Below the pieces are notes generated by a model. That model saw nothing but the letters and a program-made list of their open reading frames with translations, ran no database searches and was not told the origin of the DNA. Below, piece after piece: positions 12,786-24,700 of a stretch of 64,000 bases of DNA. The position numbers and the translations under genes are program-made. The stretch is from Mobula hypostoma. Taxonomy: Eukaryota. Where the stretch lies: the NCBI RefSeq assembly GCF_963921235.1, contig NC_086101.1, forward strand, positions 6,016,001-6,080,000, in the 5' to 3' direction. The first letter of the stretch is position 1; every line of letters begins with the position of its first letter.

Positions 12786-15700
12786 GTGAGCAGACTGTGA
12801 AAATCAAAACATCCAAACGTGTCAGTTTTATCTCCAGAGTCCGAACTTTAGGTAATGGGTTTCCGTTTAAAGGCGTAGTTCTGTACAACGTTATTCGGAA
12901 CGCAGGTGAACAGGGTCCAGAACACACAAAGTGCTGGTGAAACTCAGCAATTCAAGGGGAACAAAGTGTTGGCTGAGACCTTTAATCGGGACTAGAAAGG
13001 CAGGAGCAGAAGCCAGAATGAGACCGAAACATCGATTGCTTATTTTCCTCTGTAGATGGAGCCGGACCCGCTGAATTCCTCCTCCATTTTTTTTTGTGTG
13101 TCGGAGTTTTAACTAATTCGAGTTCAAATCGCAGGAGGTCCCTGAACATTGATGTTTCCCAATCCTCCCCTTGTAATTCTTTTTGCAATATGCCCAACAT
13201 TAAAAAGATACAACTCTTCGTATCTGGGGTGAACCCAGCCACTCAGAAGGCTTCCAATGAGCCAACACACACCATGAGATATAGGAGCAGAATTAGGCAA
13301 TTTGGCCCATTGAGTCTGCTCCACCGCTTCCTCATGACTGATACAATTTTCCTCTCAGACCTAGTCTCCTGCCTTCTCCCATATCCCTTTATGCCCTAAC
13401 CAATCAAGAATCTATCTGCCTTTGCCTTCAATAGACTTGAAAACGGCCGGTGGCAACGAATTCCGTAGTTTCACTACTCTGGCTAAAGAAATTCCTGCTC
13501 ATCTCTGGTCTACAAGGATATCCCTCTATTCTGAGGCTGTGTCCTCTGGTCTTAGACTAACATCCTCTCCACATCCATGTACTCTCTCTTCCCATCTGCC
13601 CTGGGGCAGAGATGTCCTCAGGTGTGGAGCAGGTGATCATCTCAGACAGACCCCACAGGCCACTGCCTCTATCTGGCACAGTGGGAAATGAACCTTATTA
13701 TCTGGGTCCACTGAGTTTGTATATTCTCAACTTGACCATGTGGGTTTCCTTCACATGCTCTGGTTTTCTCCCTTGGTAGGTGAATTGTCCATTGTAAATT
13801 GTCCCATGATTAGGCTGGTGTTAACCAGGGGTCTCAAAGGGCCGGAAGGGCCTAATTCACTCTGTTTCTCAATAATTTTTTTTTTTAATCTGTAAACATC
13901 CTCTCTCACCTTGTCCTTATGAGAAGATACTGGGGAAATGTTCAGAGACCTTCCTACAGGGTCTGACCTTGTTTACACTGGTGAACAGTGATACAACAGT
14001 GGGGTGATGCTTCAGGTTAAACTGCTAGATGTCCTCCCAAAACCAGAGTTTAGTCACACAAAGTACTCTGATGGAAAGTGAAACAATGATGGAAAAGATT
14101 CCACTCTGTCTGTGTTGTCTGGTAGTTGTTGCACAGTGGCCAGGAACATTCAAAGAATTCGTGCTTCTTCTACTTTCCTGCCAGTGCCGGTAAGGAATTT
14201 ATACTTTCTCCCTGTGACTGCGTGTGTTTCTTTTGGATGCTCCAGTTTCCTCCCACAATCCAAAGACATACCGGTTGGACTTAATCATAAATTGTCCCAC
14301 GATTAGGCTACCAATAAATTGGAGGATTGATGGGCAATGTGGCTCGAAGGGCCAGAAGGGTCGACCCACAGTGAATCTCAATAAATTAATTCATTAATTA
14401 GTTAAATGGGCATGGAAACACATCATCCTTGACACCAAGGAGTGGTCTGACAAGAAGAGGATATGTATTCACTGAAGCAAAACTGGTAAATGATGACTAA
14501 ACCTTCCCACAAAATGCTGGAGGAACTCAGCAGGCCAGGCAGCTTCAAGGAAAGGAGTACAGTGGACATTTCAGGCTGAAACTCCTTGGCAAGATTATCC
14601 TGCCTTCAGTCCTCCAACATTTTGTGTGTGCTGCTCAGCTTTCCAGCATTTGCAGATTATCTCTTGTTTGTGACTAAACCTTCCCATCAATTGGCCCAAT
14701 ACCAGTTCAACCAGTTCAGCAAATAACCTTTATGTGACCTTTCCTTGGAATGTCATCTGCATTTTAATTGTCTGCAATATTAGTGCTGTAATTTTCATGT
14801 TATGTAGGGTGATTACATTGATTCTTAATCTCCCTGAGCAACGCATCCCCTTTTGTTTTCCTCTCCTTGATGAAACCAACACAGTCTTGCACATTAAGCT
14901 GATGCATTCCGCAAGAATTATTCTTTCGGTTGCTGGAATTCTGGACTCTCCCTGAACAAGTCTGGGAAACCTAGCATGCCAAAGTTAAAATAATGAAGAT
15001 CCTTGAAGATTCTTGGCTCAGAATGTCCACTGTTTACTCTATTGTGTCGATGCTGCCTGACCTGCTGAGTTCTTCCAGCATTGTGTGTGTGTATGTTGCT
15101 TTGGATTTACAGCATTTGCAGATTTTCTCACATTTGTGGTTCAAATAACTTTTTCCCAACATTCACAACATTCATACATATGTAACTCTCTGTGAATAAC
15201 CCAACCTCATATCATTAGTGCTCTACTGTTCTGCAGAGTGGGGTTTGTATTCAGGTACCAACAAATTCACACTGATCTGCAAAATTCCTTTCAGAATGAT
15301 CTGAAACTCTTGCTTCACTGTGTTGAGTCCTGAAATGACCATACATCATATAGTCTGTACCAAGCATAAATTATTTAAAGATTCCAAATAATTTATAGAA
15401 ATTCCCTTGATAATCGCAAAATCTGATTCTGCTAATGAAGGTTTTGTGCACATGGTGTCTTGTACTTTGAACACCAAACACGAATCAGAAAATAATTAAC
15501 AGCCCAGGACATTTGCATGTGTTGAGTCAAGACTGATGCAGATACATACTGTATCAGTGAATCCATTTGTGAGGGTTCTGAGAGCTACCCTCATGCAGAA
15601 GGCTCCCTGGACAGGGATCTCACTGCACCAGATAGGCTGAGGGAAATCAGTTGAAAACTTGGGGGGCAAACATCGATGTGAGCCAGATGCATCTTAAACT

Positions 15701-18700
15701 TTTCCTCAGCTCTGTAAACCACATGGACTTCCCATCCCAGATACACAGCTCACCAACTGTAGGTGTTTCAACAATTGAACTACAATCTTGAGAAAGAATG
15801 TCCTACACATCACAACCTTGTTGACAAATTCCCCCAGTTCTCATGAAATGTCCTTCTGATTGAAAGCTGTGAGTTGGCTGCTGGCTGTGTGCCTGGAGAC
15901 CCGAGTTCTTTGGGCACAGAGCTCCGAAGAAGCGATGGAACAGGCTTTTAACACCATAAATCGGCGAGTTGTTTGTTATGTCTCCCCTCTCGCTGTAAAA
16001 TGGGGAGACCTCTTTTTCCCTGATTAGGGAGAGAGACAGAGAGCCTGTGGTGTGTTGAATGACCAGGTGAGCAAGTAGTCTTTAGGGTACTGCAATTTTG
16101 TGTCTTTATTGAGGCTTTGCTGCTGCTTTTTATATATACTTCATTTTCAATATTTTTGAAAAAAAAATGAAATCATCAAGAACATACCAGCTCAGATATG
16201 TGTAAAAATGAAATAAGCAAAAAAAAGGATATAACCTTAGAGGGATCCCTATTACACAAAGTGCTCAAACATACTAAACATTAAATCTCAAATGAGGGCC
16301 GTGAGAAATCAGCTGGGGGGGGGGGGGTGTTCATCCGCCCATGGCCTCATCCAGATAGGCAAGACATGGATCCCAGATAGCCGATTTTAAAAAAAATTGA
16401 ATTGGTTCTCAAGAACCGAAGTTTCTCAATCTGTATGACTGAGATCATGTCAGCCATCCATCTCCGAAAGGAATGGGGAGAGGGTGATTTCCATTCCCTC
16501 AAGATAAGTCTTTTGGCGACAGTCATCCCCAGCATCAGAGACTGTTGTATGGCTGTAGAGAAACAAATAGTAGATTGCGAGCAGCCAAAGATGGCAAGAC
16601 CAGCTTCCAAGGGAAAGGATCTTTTATAGGCCTTTGAGTACCAGTTAAGTATTTTGGATGAAAATCCACTCAGTAATGGGCGAAACCAAAAGGTGTGTGA
16701 CAAGGTGGCCTCTGTCCCTTGGCATCTATGACACATTGGCAAGACAGGAGGGTAAATCCTGTGCAATCAAAGTTTAGAGTAGTGGAGACGGTGGACAAAT
16801 TTAATTGGATCATTTGGTGTCTGATGGTAACAGAGCAAGCCTGTATCATAGACAAACTCTTCTCCCAGGCAGCTTCAGATAACTCAATGTCCAATTCCTC
16901 TCTCCAGGTGTCTCTAATCTTCACAGTAGGTGCTACAGTGCAATTATCAAACGAAAGTACAAACTTAGAAACGAGATGCTTGGAGTCACAAGGGATCTTT
17001 TAAATATCAAAAAATATATGCTTCCCTGGAGGGATTTCAAAATTATAAATCTTAGATTGAATGTAGTGTCTAATTTGTAAGTTACAAAAAAAGTACAAAT
17101 GAGGCAGGTCAAATTTCTGTTTCAGCAGATTAAATGTTGCAAACTGTCCCTCTATGTACAGGTCTTCAATAGAAACTAGACACTTTCCCTCCAAGCATGG
17201 TAGGTTTTATCTGACCATGAGGGTAGAAAGGAGTGATTGAAACAGATTGGTGTTTGTACAGAGGTCTCTGGTAAATTCAGAATGCTCCTAATCTGATTTA
17301 GAATTCTGACAGAATTTTTCAAAACAAAATTCAAACTATTTGAAGTCCCAGGCTTTTCTAACTTAGAGAACAGCATGGTTGGCAAGGAGGAATTGACAAC
17401 AGAGTTAGACTCCATACATAGCCACAAGGGAGCCCCAGGGGCTAAGTTATCCAGAGCCCTCTGTTGCCAAAATATTAAAGCCCTAGCATTGACAGCCCAG
17501 TAATACTGTCTGAATACCCAGCCCTCTTTCAGACTTGGGCTTTTGTAAATGGATTTTCGAAATCCTGTGATTCTTATAATTCCAGATATAAGACAAAATT
17601 ATGGAGTCCAATTCTTTAAAGAAGGCTGATGTAAGAAAAATGAGGAGATTTTGACAAAGATAGAGAAACCTAGGAAGGGAAACCATTTTAATTGAATTTA
17701 TACGACCGATCATGGACAGAGGTAGGGTTTTCCAACTTTTTATATTCTGTTTAACTTTTTAAATAAACTTCGTAAAGTTTAATTTAAATATTAACTTAAG
17801 ATCTTTGGGGATTGCCAAGCCAAGATAAGTAAAGTGATCTTTAACTACTTTGAACGGGACACTTTCCAGGTAACCCTGAGTGTAGACATTGGAGAGGGGC
17901 ACGAAGTCACATTTTGTCCAATTGAATGAATATCCCGATAGTCTGCCAAAAGAGGTGATTAAATCTAGAAGAACAGGGACTGACTATTCTAAGTTTTGTA
18001 AGCAGAGTATCACATCTTTGACATATAAACTAATAAGTGTTTCAATACCTCCCACTTTCAAACCCACAATATTTGGGTGACTTCTTATTTTTAGGGCAAG
18101 GGGCTCTACCGCAATGGCAAAAAGAGCCAGCGAGAGAGGGCACCCCTGCTGGACGGAACGGTGTAGGGGAAACAGAGTTGAATTGTCATCATTAGTTATA
18201 ATAGAACACAATTGGGCTGGCGTATATCAGTTTTACCCAAGATACAAATGACTCACTGAACCCAAACCTGTAACAGTGTTATAATCAAACATGTAAGGCC
18301 ACTCAATCTGGTCAAAAGCCTTTTGTGCATCAAGGGATAAAATTGCTGCCCCAGTAGCTTTCCCATGATCAGCATATACAGTATGAAATTATATACCCAC
18401 GAATTGCAACTTTTAATGCCTCCTAGAGTGTGGAAGCTGACACCTCGCCGTTATCGTTAATTTCTATAAAATCTTTTAATCTGGTGGGGATATATTCTAT
18501 TTGGACTGTATTCCTTTAAGTTTAGAAGAATGAGAGGAGACCTCATAGAAACATTTCGAATGTTGAAAGGCATGGACAGAGTGGATGTGGCAAAGTTGTT
18601 TCCCATGATGGGGGAGTCTAGTACGAGAGGGCATGACTTAAGGATTGAAGGGCGCCCTTTCAGAACAGAAATGCGAAGAGATTTTTTTTAGTCAGAGGGT

Positions 18701-21700
18701 GGTGAATCTATGGAATTTGTTGCCACGGGCAGCAGTGGAGGCCAAGTCATTGGGTGTATTTAAGGCAGAGATTGATAGGTATCTGAGTAGCCAGGGCATC
18801 AAAGGTAATGGTGAGAAGGCAGGGAGTGGGACTAAATAGGAGAAAATGGATCAGCTCATGATAAAATGGCGGAGCAGACTCGATGGGCCGAATGGCCTAC
18901 TTCTGCTCCTTTGTCTTATGGTCTTATGGTCTTATAAATTTCTTATCAGTGAGTAGGGAGGGGTTAAAATGCCAGGAATAGATTCATTTGGAAAGGGAGG
19001 GATTTAGGGACATTGTCAAGGGGCTATGATCAGAAATTAATCTATTATGATAATTTGTATTAGTAACACGAGAAATTAAATGAGAGTCAACCGAAAAATA
19101 GTCTCTTCTACTATAAGATTTGTGAACATGCGAATAATAAGAATAGTCCTTGTTGGTGGGATGTTAAACTCGCCAGATATCTACTAAATTCAAATTATTC
19201 AGGACCTGCACTGACACGATATTTAAGGGTGAGCGGGAGGACAATCTATCTAAATATGCATCGAGATAGCAATTCAAGTCACCGCCAATTATTATATTTC
19301 AATTACTGGCATCCAGAAGTAAATCAAAAACTTTCCTAAAAAATATTTGGCTCGTCTGTGTTTGGACCGTAAATATTAAGGAAGGTTAGTGGAAACGAAT
19401 TAATGGTGCCAGAGGTCATGATAAACCTGCCGAGAGGATCTGTGGTCATGGAAGTGAGTTGAAATGGAATATTTTTCCTAGAGAGGATAGCCACACCATG
19501 GGCATGAGAAGTAAGTGGTGACTGGTAAACCAGTGATATCCAGCTAGACCTCAATCTGTGTTGCTCAGTTACTTTGATGTGGGTTTCCTGTAGAAAAATC
19601 ACATCTGCAGATAGAGATTTGAGATGTCTAAAAACTTTATCCCTCTTAACAACATGACCAAGCCCCTTAACATTCCACGAGACTATTGTAATATCTTTAC
19701 CCCCCAGCTGCGTTTTACCGCAAGGCCTCTGCATATGAGAATAAAAAAGAGATTATTAGAGTTGAGTACAAACATAGCAGACAATGCAAGATGGCTGGCA
19801 GCCTCATAAAAACACAACGTACACAAAAGAAACATGTCTGAGCCATAAACAAGAACAACACACACCCTAACCTACCCCCCTTCGTGTCTCCCTAAACCAG
19901 ACACATAGTTCCCCATTTCCATCCCAAAAGGAGCTGCTGGGCGGGTAACTAACATTACACAATTATCATAAACCCCTCTCCGAGAAAATTTATAATACAA
20001 ACTATATAACACCATTAAACAAATGCTGTTAGGGCTTGGGAGAGTTATCCAGCGTCCGCACCTGAAGCTGGACATTCATGACACCAACTCAACTTTAACC
20101 ATTACAATAACAGACATATTTAGAACATTCTCTGCAATGAAATCCCAGTGCGGCATACAGCATTATAAAACTGCATATAACAAGCAGGTCCCTCCCCTTA
20201 TCCCAACATGCAAACCGGCGCAAGTATAAGCTGAATAAACAGTGTCAATATATCTACCCCTTTTGCGTGCATTATTCCTTTCCAAGAATCCTGTTGCATC
20301 GGGTCGTCGCATACTATAGGCGCTCTGGCATCTTGATGATAAATATAGAGCCTAGCCGGATACCGCAGGGTGTGCTTGATTCCTCCATCACGCAGAGTTT
20401 GCAGTACATCAGGAAAGGCACGACGTTGAGTCATCGCCTCATTAGTATAGTCCGGGAAGATCAAGACTTTATTTCCCTTGTACCCCATAGGTCGTAGTCT
20501 GCTGCAGAGCAGGATCAGCTCTTTCACTTGAAAGTGATGGATACGTGCCAAGATGGTGCGCGGCTTAGCGTCGTCAGCCGGATTCAGCTGGAGAGAGCGA
20601 AGTACACGATCCACTTTAACCGGGTACGGGAAATGCTCTTCCCTGAGCAACTTGGGAATCAGTCTGGAAACAAATTCAGGATGTATATTGTAAATCTAAT
20701 CTAATCTAAATACATTTCTCTGACATTGAATGTACCCATTGAAATGTCCTTCCATTAGAAAGATAGGCAGACAGATAGATAGATTGTTAGGTGCAAACAT
20801 AGAATCACATGAAATCATTGAAAGAGACTTACTGGGTCATAAACTCAGAGACTGATTATTTCCAACATTTACAGTCGATTTCAGATTTCCAGCTTCAGTT
20901 TTTAAAAAAAATCTTCTTTTGGAAACATGAGCAGTCATAGGTGAGACCCCAACCTCATGACACCAGCTTATAGGATCAGGGGTGATTGGATTGTAGACTC
21001 AATCCAATTCCTGTCATCCCCAGGAACCCTTCATCCTTTTGCTTCACAAGAAGATACCTCCACATTCAGGGCCATTTTCACTGGAAGGGAGTTCCAACCA
21101 TTTATGACCTTCTAAGGGAATGAAAAATAATCTTTTAGGAGTGGCTAGTGCCTTAGTTTTGAATATGACCCTAAGTTCAAGATTCTGTCACAGGAATAGA
21201 CATAATCTCCACATCCACTCTATCATTACCCTTCAGGATCTTATATCTGTCAGTCACGTGCGGTACAGTGCTCTAGGAGCTGTAGTTCCAGAGACCCATT
21301 TACTGTCTGTGTGGAGTTTCACATTCTGTCTGTTACCTTGGGAGTTTCCACTAGGTGCTCCAGTTTCTTTCCACATCACAAAGGTATGCAGGATATTGGT
21401 TTAATTGGCCACCATAAATTGTTTGTGGTGTGTAGCTGAGTATAAGACTGGATGGGTGGAATCTGAGGGCAATAAAGTGGGATTAGTACAGCTAGAAAGA
21501 GATGAAGCACCTCTGTCCATGCTGAGACCCTAAATCTGATCAATTTCTCATGGGACAACCTACTAATTCCACATATTATTTCCATTAACTGAATTGATTG
21601 TAATGTTATTAATATTCTTCATCAATAATCTCATTTTAAAACATTACAATTAAGTAACATTCTACATGGAGAGAGTTCAGGGTTATAATCTCTGGACTTA

Positions 21701-24700
21701 AATTCCAAATAAATAATCTTGAACGCCACATAGAGAAGGAAAAGCCTGACACAGCCATGGTCTAATGATGATATCTTACAGCCCAGCTGATATCCATCAT
21801 AATCCATATTGATGGTCGTGCCTTTCACTACCAGGCACCTAAACTCTGTCACTGCATTTCTGTCTTTCTTCCTGTAAGCGCATCCTTAAAAACTCTTTTC
21901 CCAATGTTTTGTTCACAGATATTATTAATTCCGTGGTTGAAATATTAGGGGAGATCGTTTCATTCTATTGTGCTCATACTTCTCACTTTATATGAAATAC
22001 TTATACTGCTTTATTCAAGAGAATGAAACCTTTCTAAGAATCTCTGTTAACAAAGTATTTAGTTTTCAGACCTCCAGAGACACCAAATTGTAAAAGGAAA
22101 TTGATCTCTTGCAGGAAGAACTGAAAACCTCACTGAAGCCAATCCTGGACAAGAAGGAGGAATGTGCTGTTGTAAAAAGTGATTATGAGAAAACATTAAA
22201 GCATATTCAGGTACATAATAATATCACATTGTTCCATAAGCTGCAATCACATTTTGTTTTGCTTTGAAACTCAAACTGCGAGTGAATAATTCAGTCAACA
22301 TAATTATCCCTCACTGACCTCCTGTACTGGTAAATCCTGAGAAAACTAATATGCCTCCACCTTAACCTTAGTTAGAGCCTCCTCTTCAGACTAAGTTGTT
22401 GCCTGGCTTCCAGTAGTGAGAGGTCACTGGTTCTGGTAACAACACAATATCTGTCAGTGCTCAAACTCTCTCTTATTTTCCAAAGGACCAGGGAGAAATG
22501 GCAGAGAAACAGATTAAAGCAGAGTTCGAAACACTGCGTCGGTTTCTCCGTGACCAAGAAAGGATCGCGCTGGAAGATCTCGAACTGGAGAGAGAGAGAA
22601 ACTTCCTGGAGATGAAGGGAAAGATCAAGGATGCAACAGAAGTCATCTCATCACTTTCAGACACCATTCAGGACATTGAAGAAGGGCTGAAGGAAGAGGA
22701 CAGCATCAAATTTTTAACAGTACCTCGACCTGATTTTATTCTCTCCATTCTTTTGTTAGCACTGCTATTAAGATCAAACAGTTTGCCATTCAACCGTAAA
22801 CTATTATTACTCTAATGGTATGGAGTCAGGCCATTCCTCTCATCAGGCCCACAGCGATGTTTACTAGCATTACCACCCCCTGACACCCATGACTATATGA
22901 TCCAGCTTCAGTCTCACCTCAAATTTTACAGTTTGAAAACTCTCTCTTATTCTCTATCTGTTTTAAACTTCTTTTACTTCAGTTAATTATCTGAATTTGA
23001 GCAAGCGACCCCTTCCCTTTGAATCCCCTGCTTCACCATCTATTCAACTAATACATATTTTGGATCCACCATGTTTGGTGAAATGATGAGATGAGATGGT
23101 GATGAATAGACGTTATGGTAATGTAAACAGGATGGTGGGTGGTAGCTTGGTGCCTGGTGAAATTCAATGCTGAGAAAGAGGACGTGTTATACTTCACCAG
23201 GAAGAGGAAAATGTAGCACTAGAGATCACAGTGCTAAACTTGTTACACCAAGAGAGCCATCTCAAAATACATGCCCATTGCTCACTAGTATAAAATGCAC
23301 TAACCCCTGTCATATTCACATTTATTATCAAATTAGGTAGATGACACTTTATACTAACTTGAGATTCATTTGTGCATCATTTGTGTCATTTGGTTCACTA
23401 AATCTGGTGTCCAGTAGCATAAGTATTCCACCTAGTTTTAAAATCTCGTCCCAGCTTGTTGCTGTGAAATTATGAAAATGTGAAGAACATAGAACAGAAC
23501 CGCACAGGATCAACCCTTTGTCACAACCACCGATTCGGCAATTGCACTCGTGAACATGCAAGTGTCAGCTAATTATTATTTCATTGTGATAGTATTTAAC
23601 TCCATTCATTCCGTCCTGATGTTTGTCGAGACTTAGACATACCTATTATGCATTCCGCCTTGCCTGAGAAATTGTACTGTCGTGTCAACTGACTCTGAAG
23701 ACCAGCGGTATTCGTTTTATTCTTAGTTGTTCTTTTCAGCCGCAGTGTAGGCTTCGTTTTCAATTTGGGTGTTTAGTCAATGGCCCTGTTTATTGTTTTC
23801 TTTTTCCCTTTAACATTGTTCGCATTGAAGTCTGTGAAATATCGATCTGCTTCAGCGTCTCTCACATCGCATCAGGTGACACCCTTTGACCCATGATGTT
23901 TTTGCTGAACATGATACCATATTAATCTGAACCCCTCCTTCATGTACCTGGACCACACTCCTCCTGTTTATTCACGTCTATCTAAAAGTCTCTAAACCAC
24001 CATTATCTAGCTCCAGCAGCAGCCCTTGCAGCAAGTTCCAGGCATCCACCACTCTCTGTGTGAAATCTTTGCCCAGTATATCTCCTTTAAACTTTCCGCT
24101 ACTACCTAAAGTCTTGTCCTCTCGTATTTTAAATTTCATACCCTCTAATCCAGGCAGCATCCTGGTGAACGTGGTGAACGTCACACGCATCCTTTCCAAT
24201 GTTTTCACATCATTCTTCTAATGGGTGATAAGAATAACACATGGTTCATCAAGTTAACTTCATCTGGAAATAACAGCAACATTCTCAATCACGGCACATC
24301 TACAGTGAAACTCCAGTGACCACTGTCCAGTCTGTCCCTACTCACTGGTCTCAGACCGGGAGTTTGACCATAACTGTGCAGTGTGGGAGAATGCTCTGAT
24401 TGTTCTGAGCATCAGAAGTAAATCCAAGAGGGAACGCAGGACAAATGTCTTCTGACTGAGCCAGTTTTCTGCTCTAACCACCCTGTGATGCCTCCAGTTT
24501 TTAATCCTGTCAGTTCCTGACAGGAAACTCGTGTTGGTACTATTCCTCCTGTTGTGGGATATCCGTCTGTAGAATCACAGAATCAGAATCAGAATCCGGT
24601 TTAGTATCACTGGCAATTGTCATTAAAAATGTGTTGCTTGCAGCAGCAATACATTCTAATACAATGTTTTAAAATTAGAGATATATGAAAAATAAATAAT

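Noticed and set aside
12414..12800. Stand-alone 128-aa RING-B-box protein
   Set aside because: Consensus donor at 12786 and in-phase downstream exons
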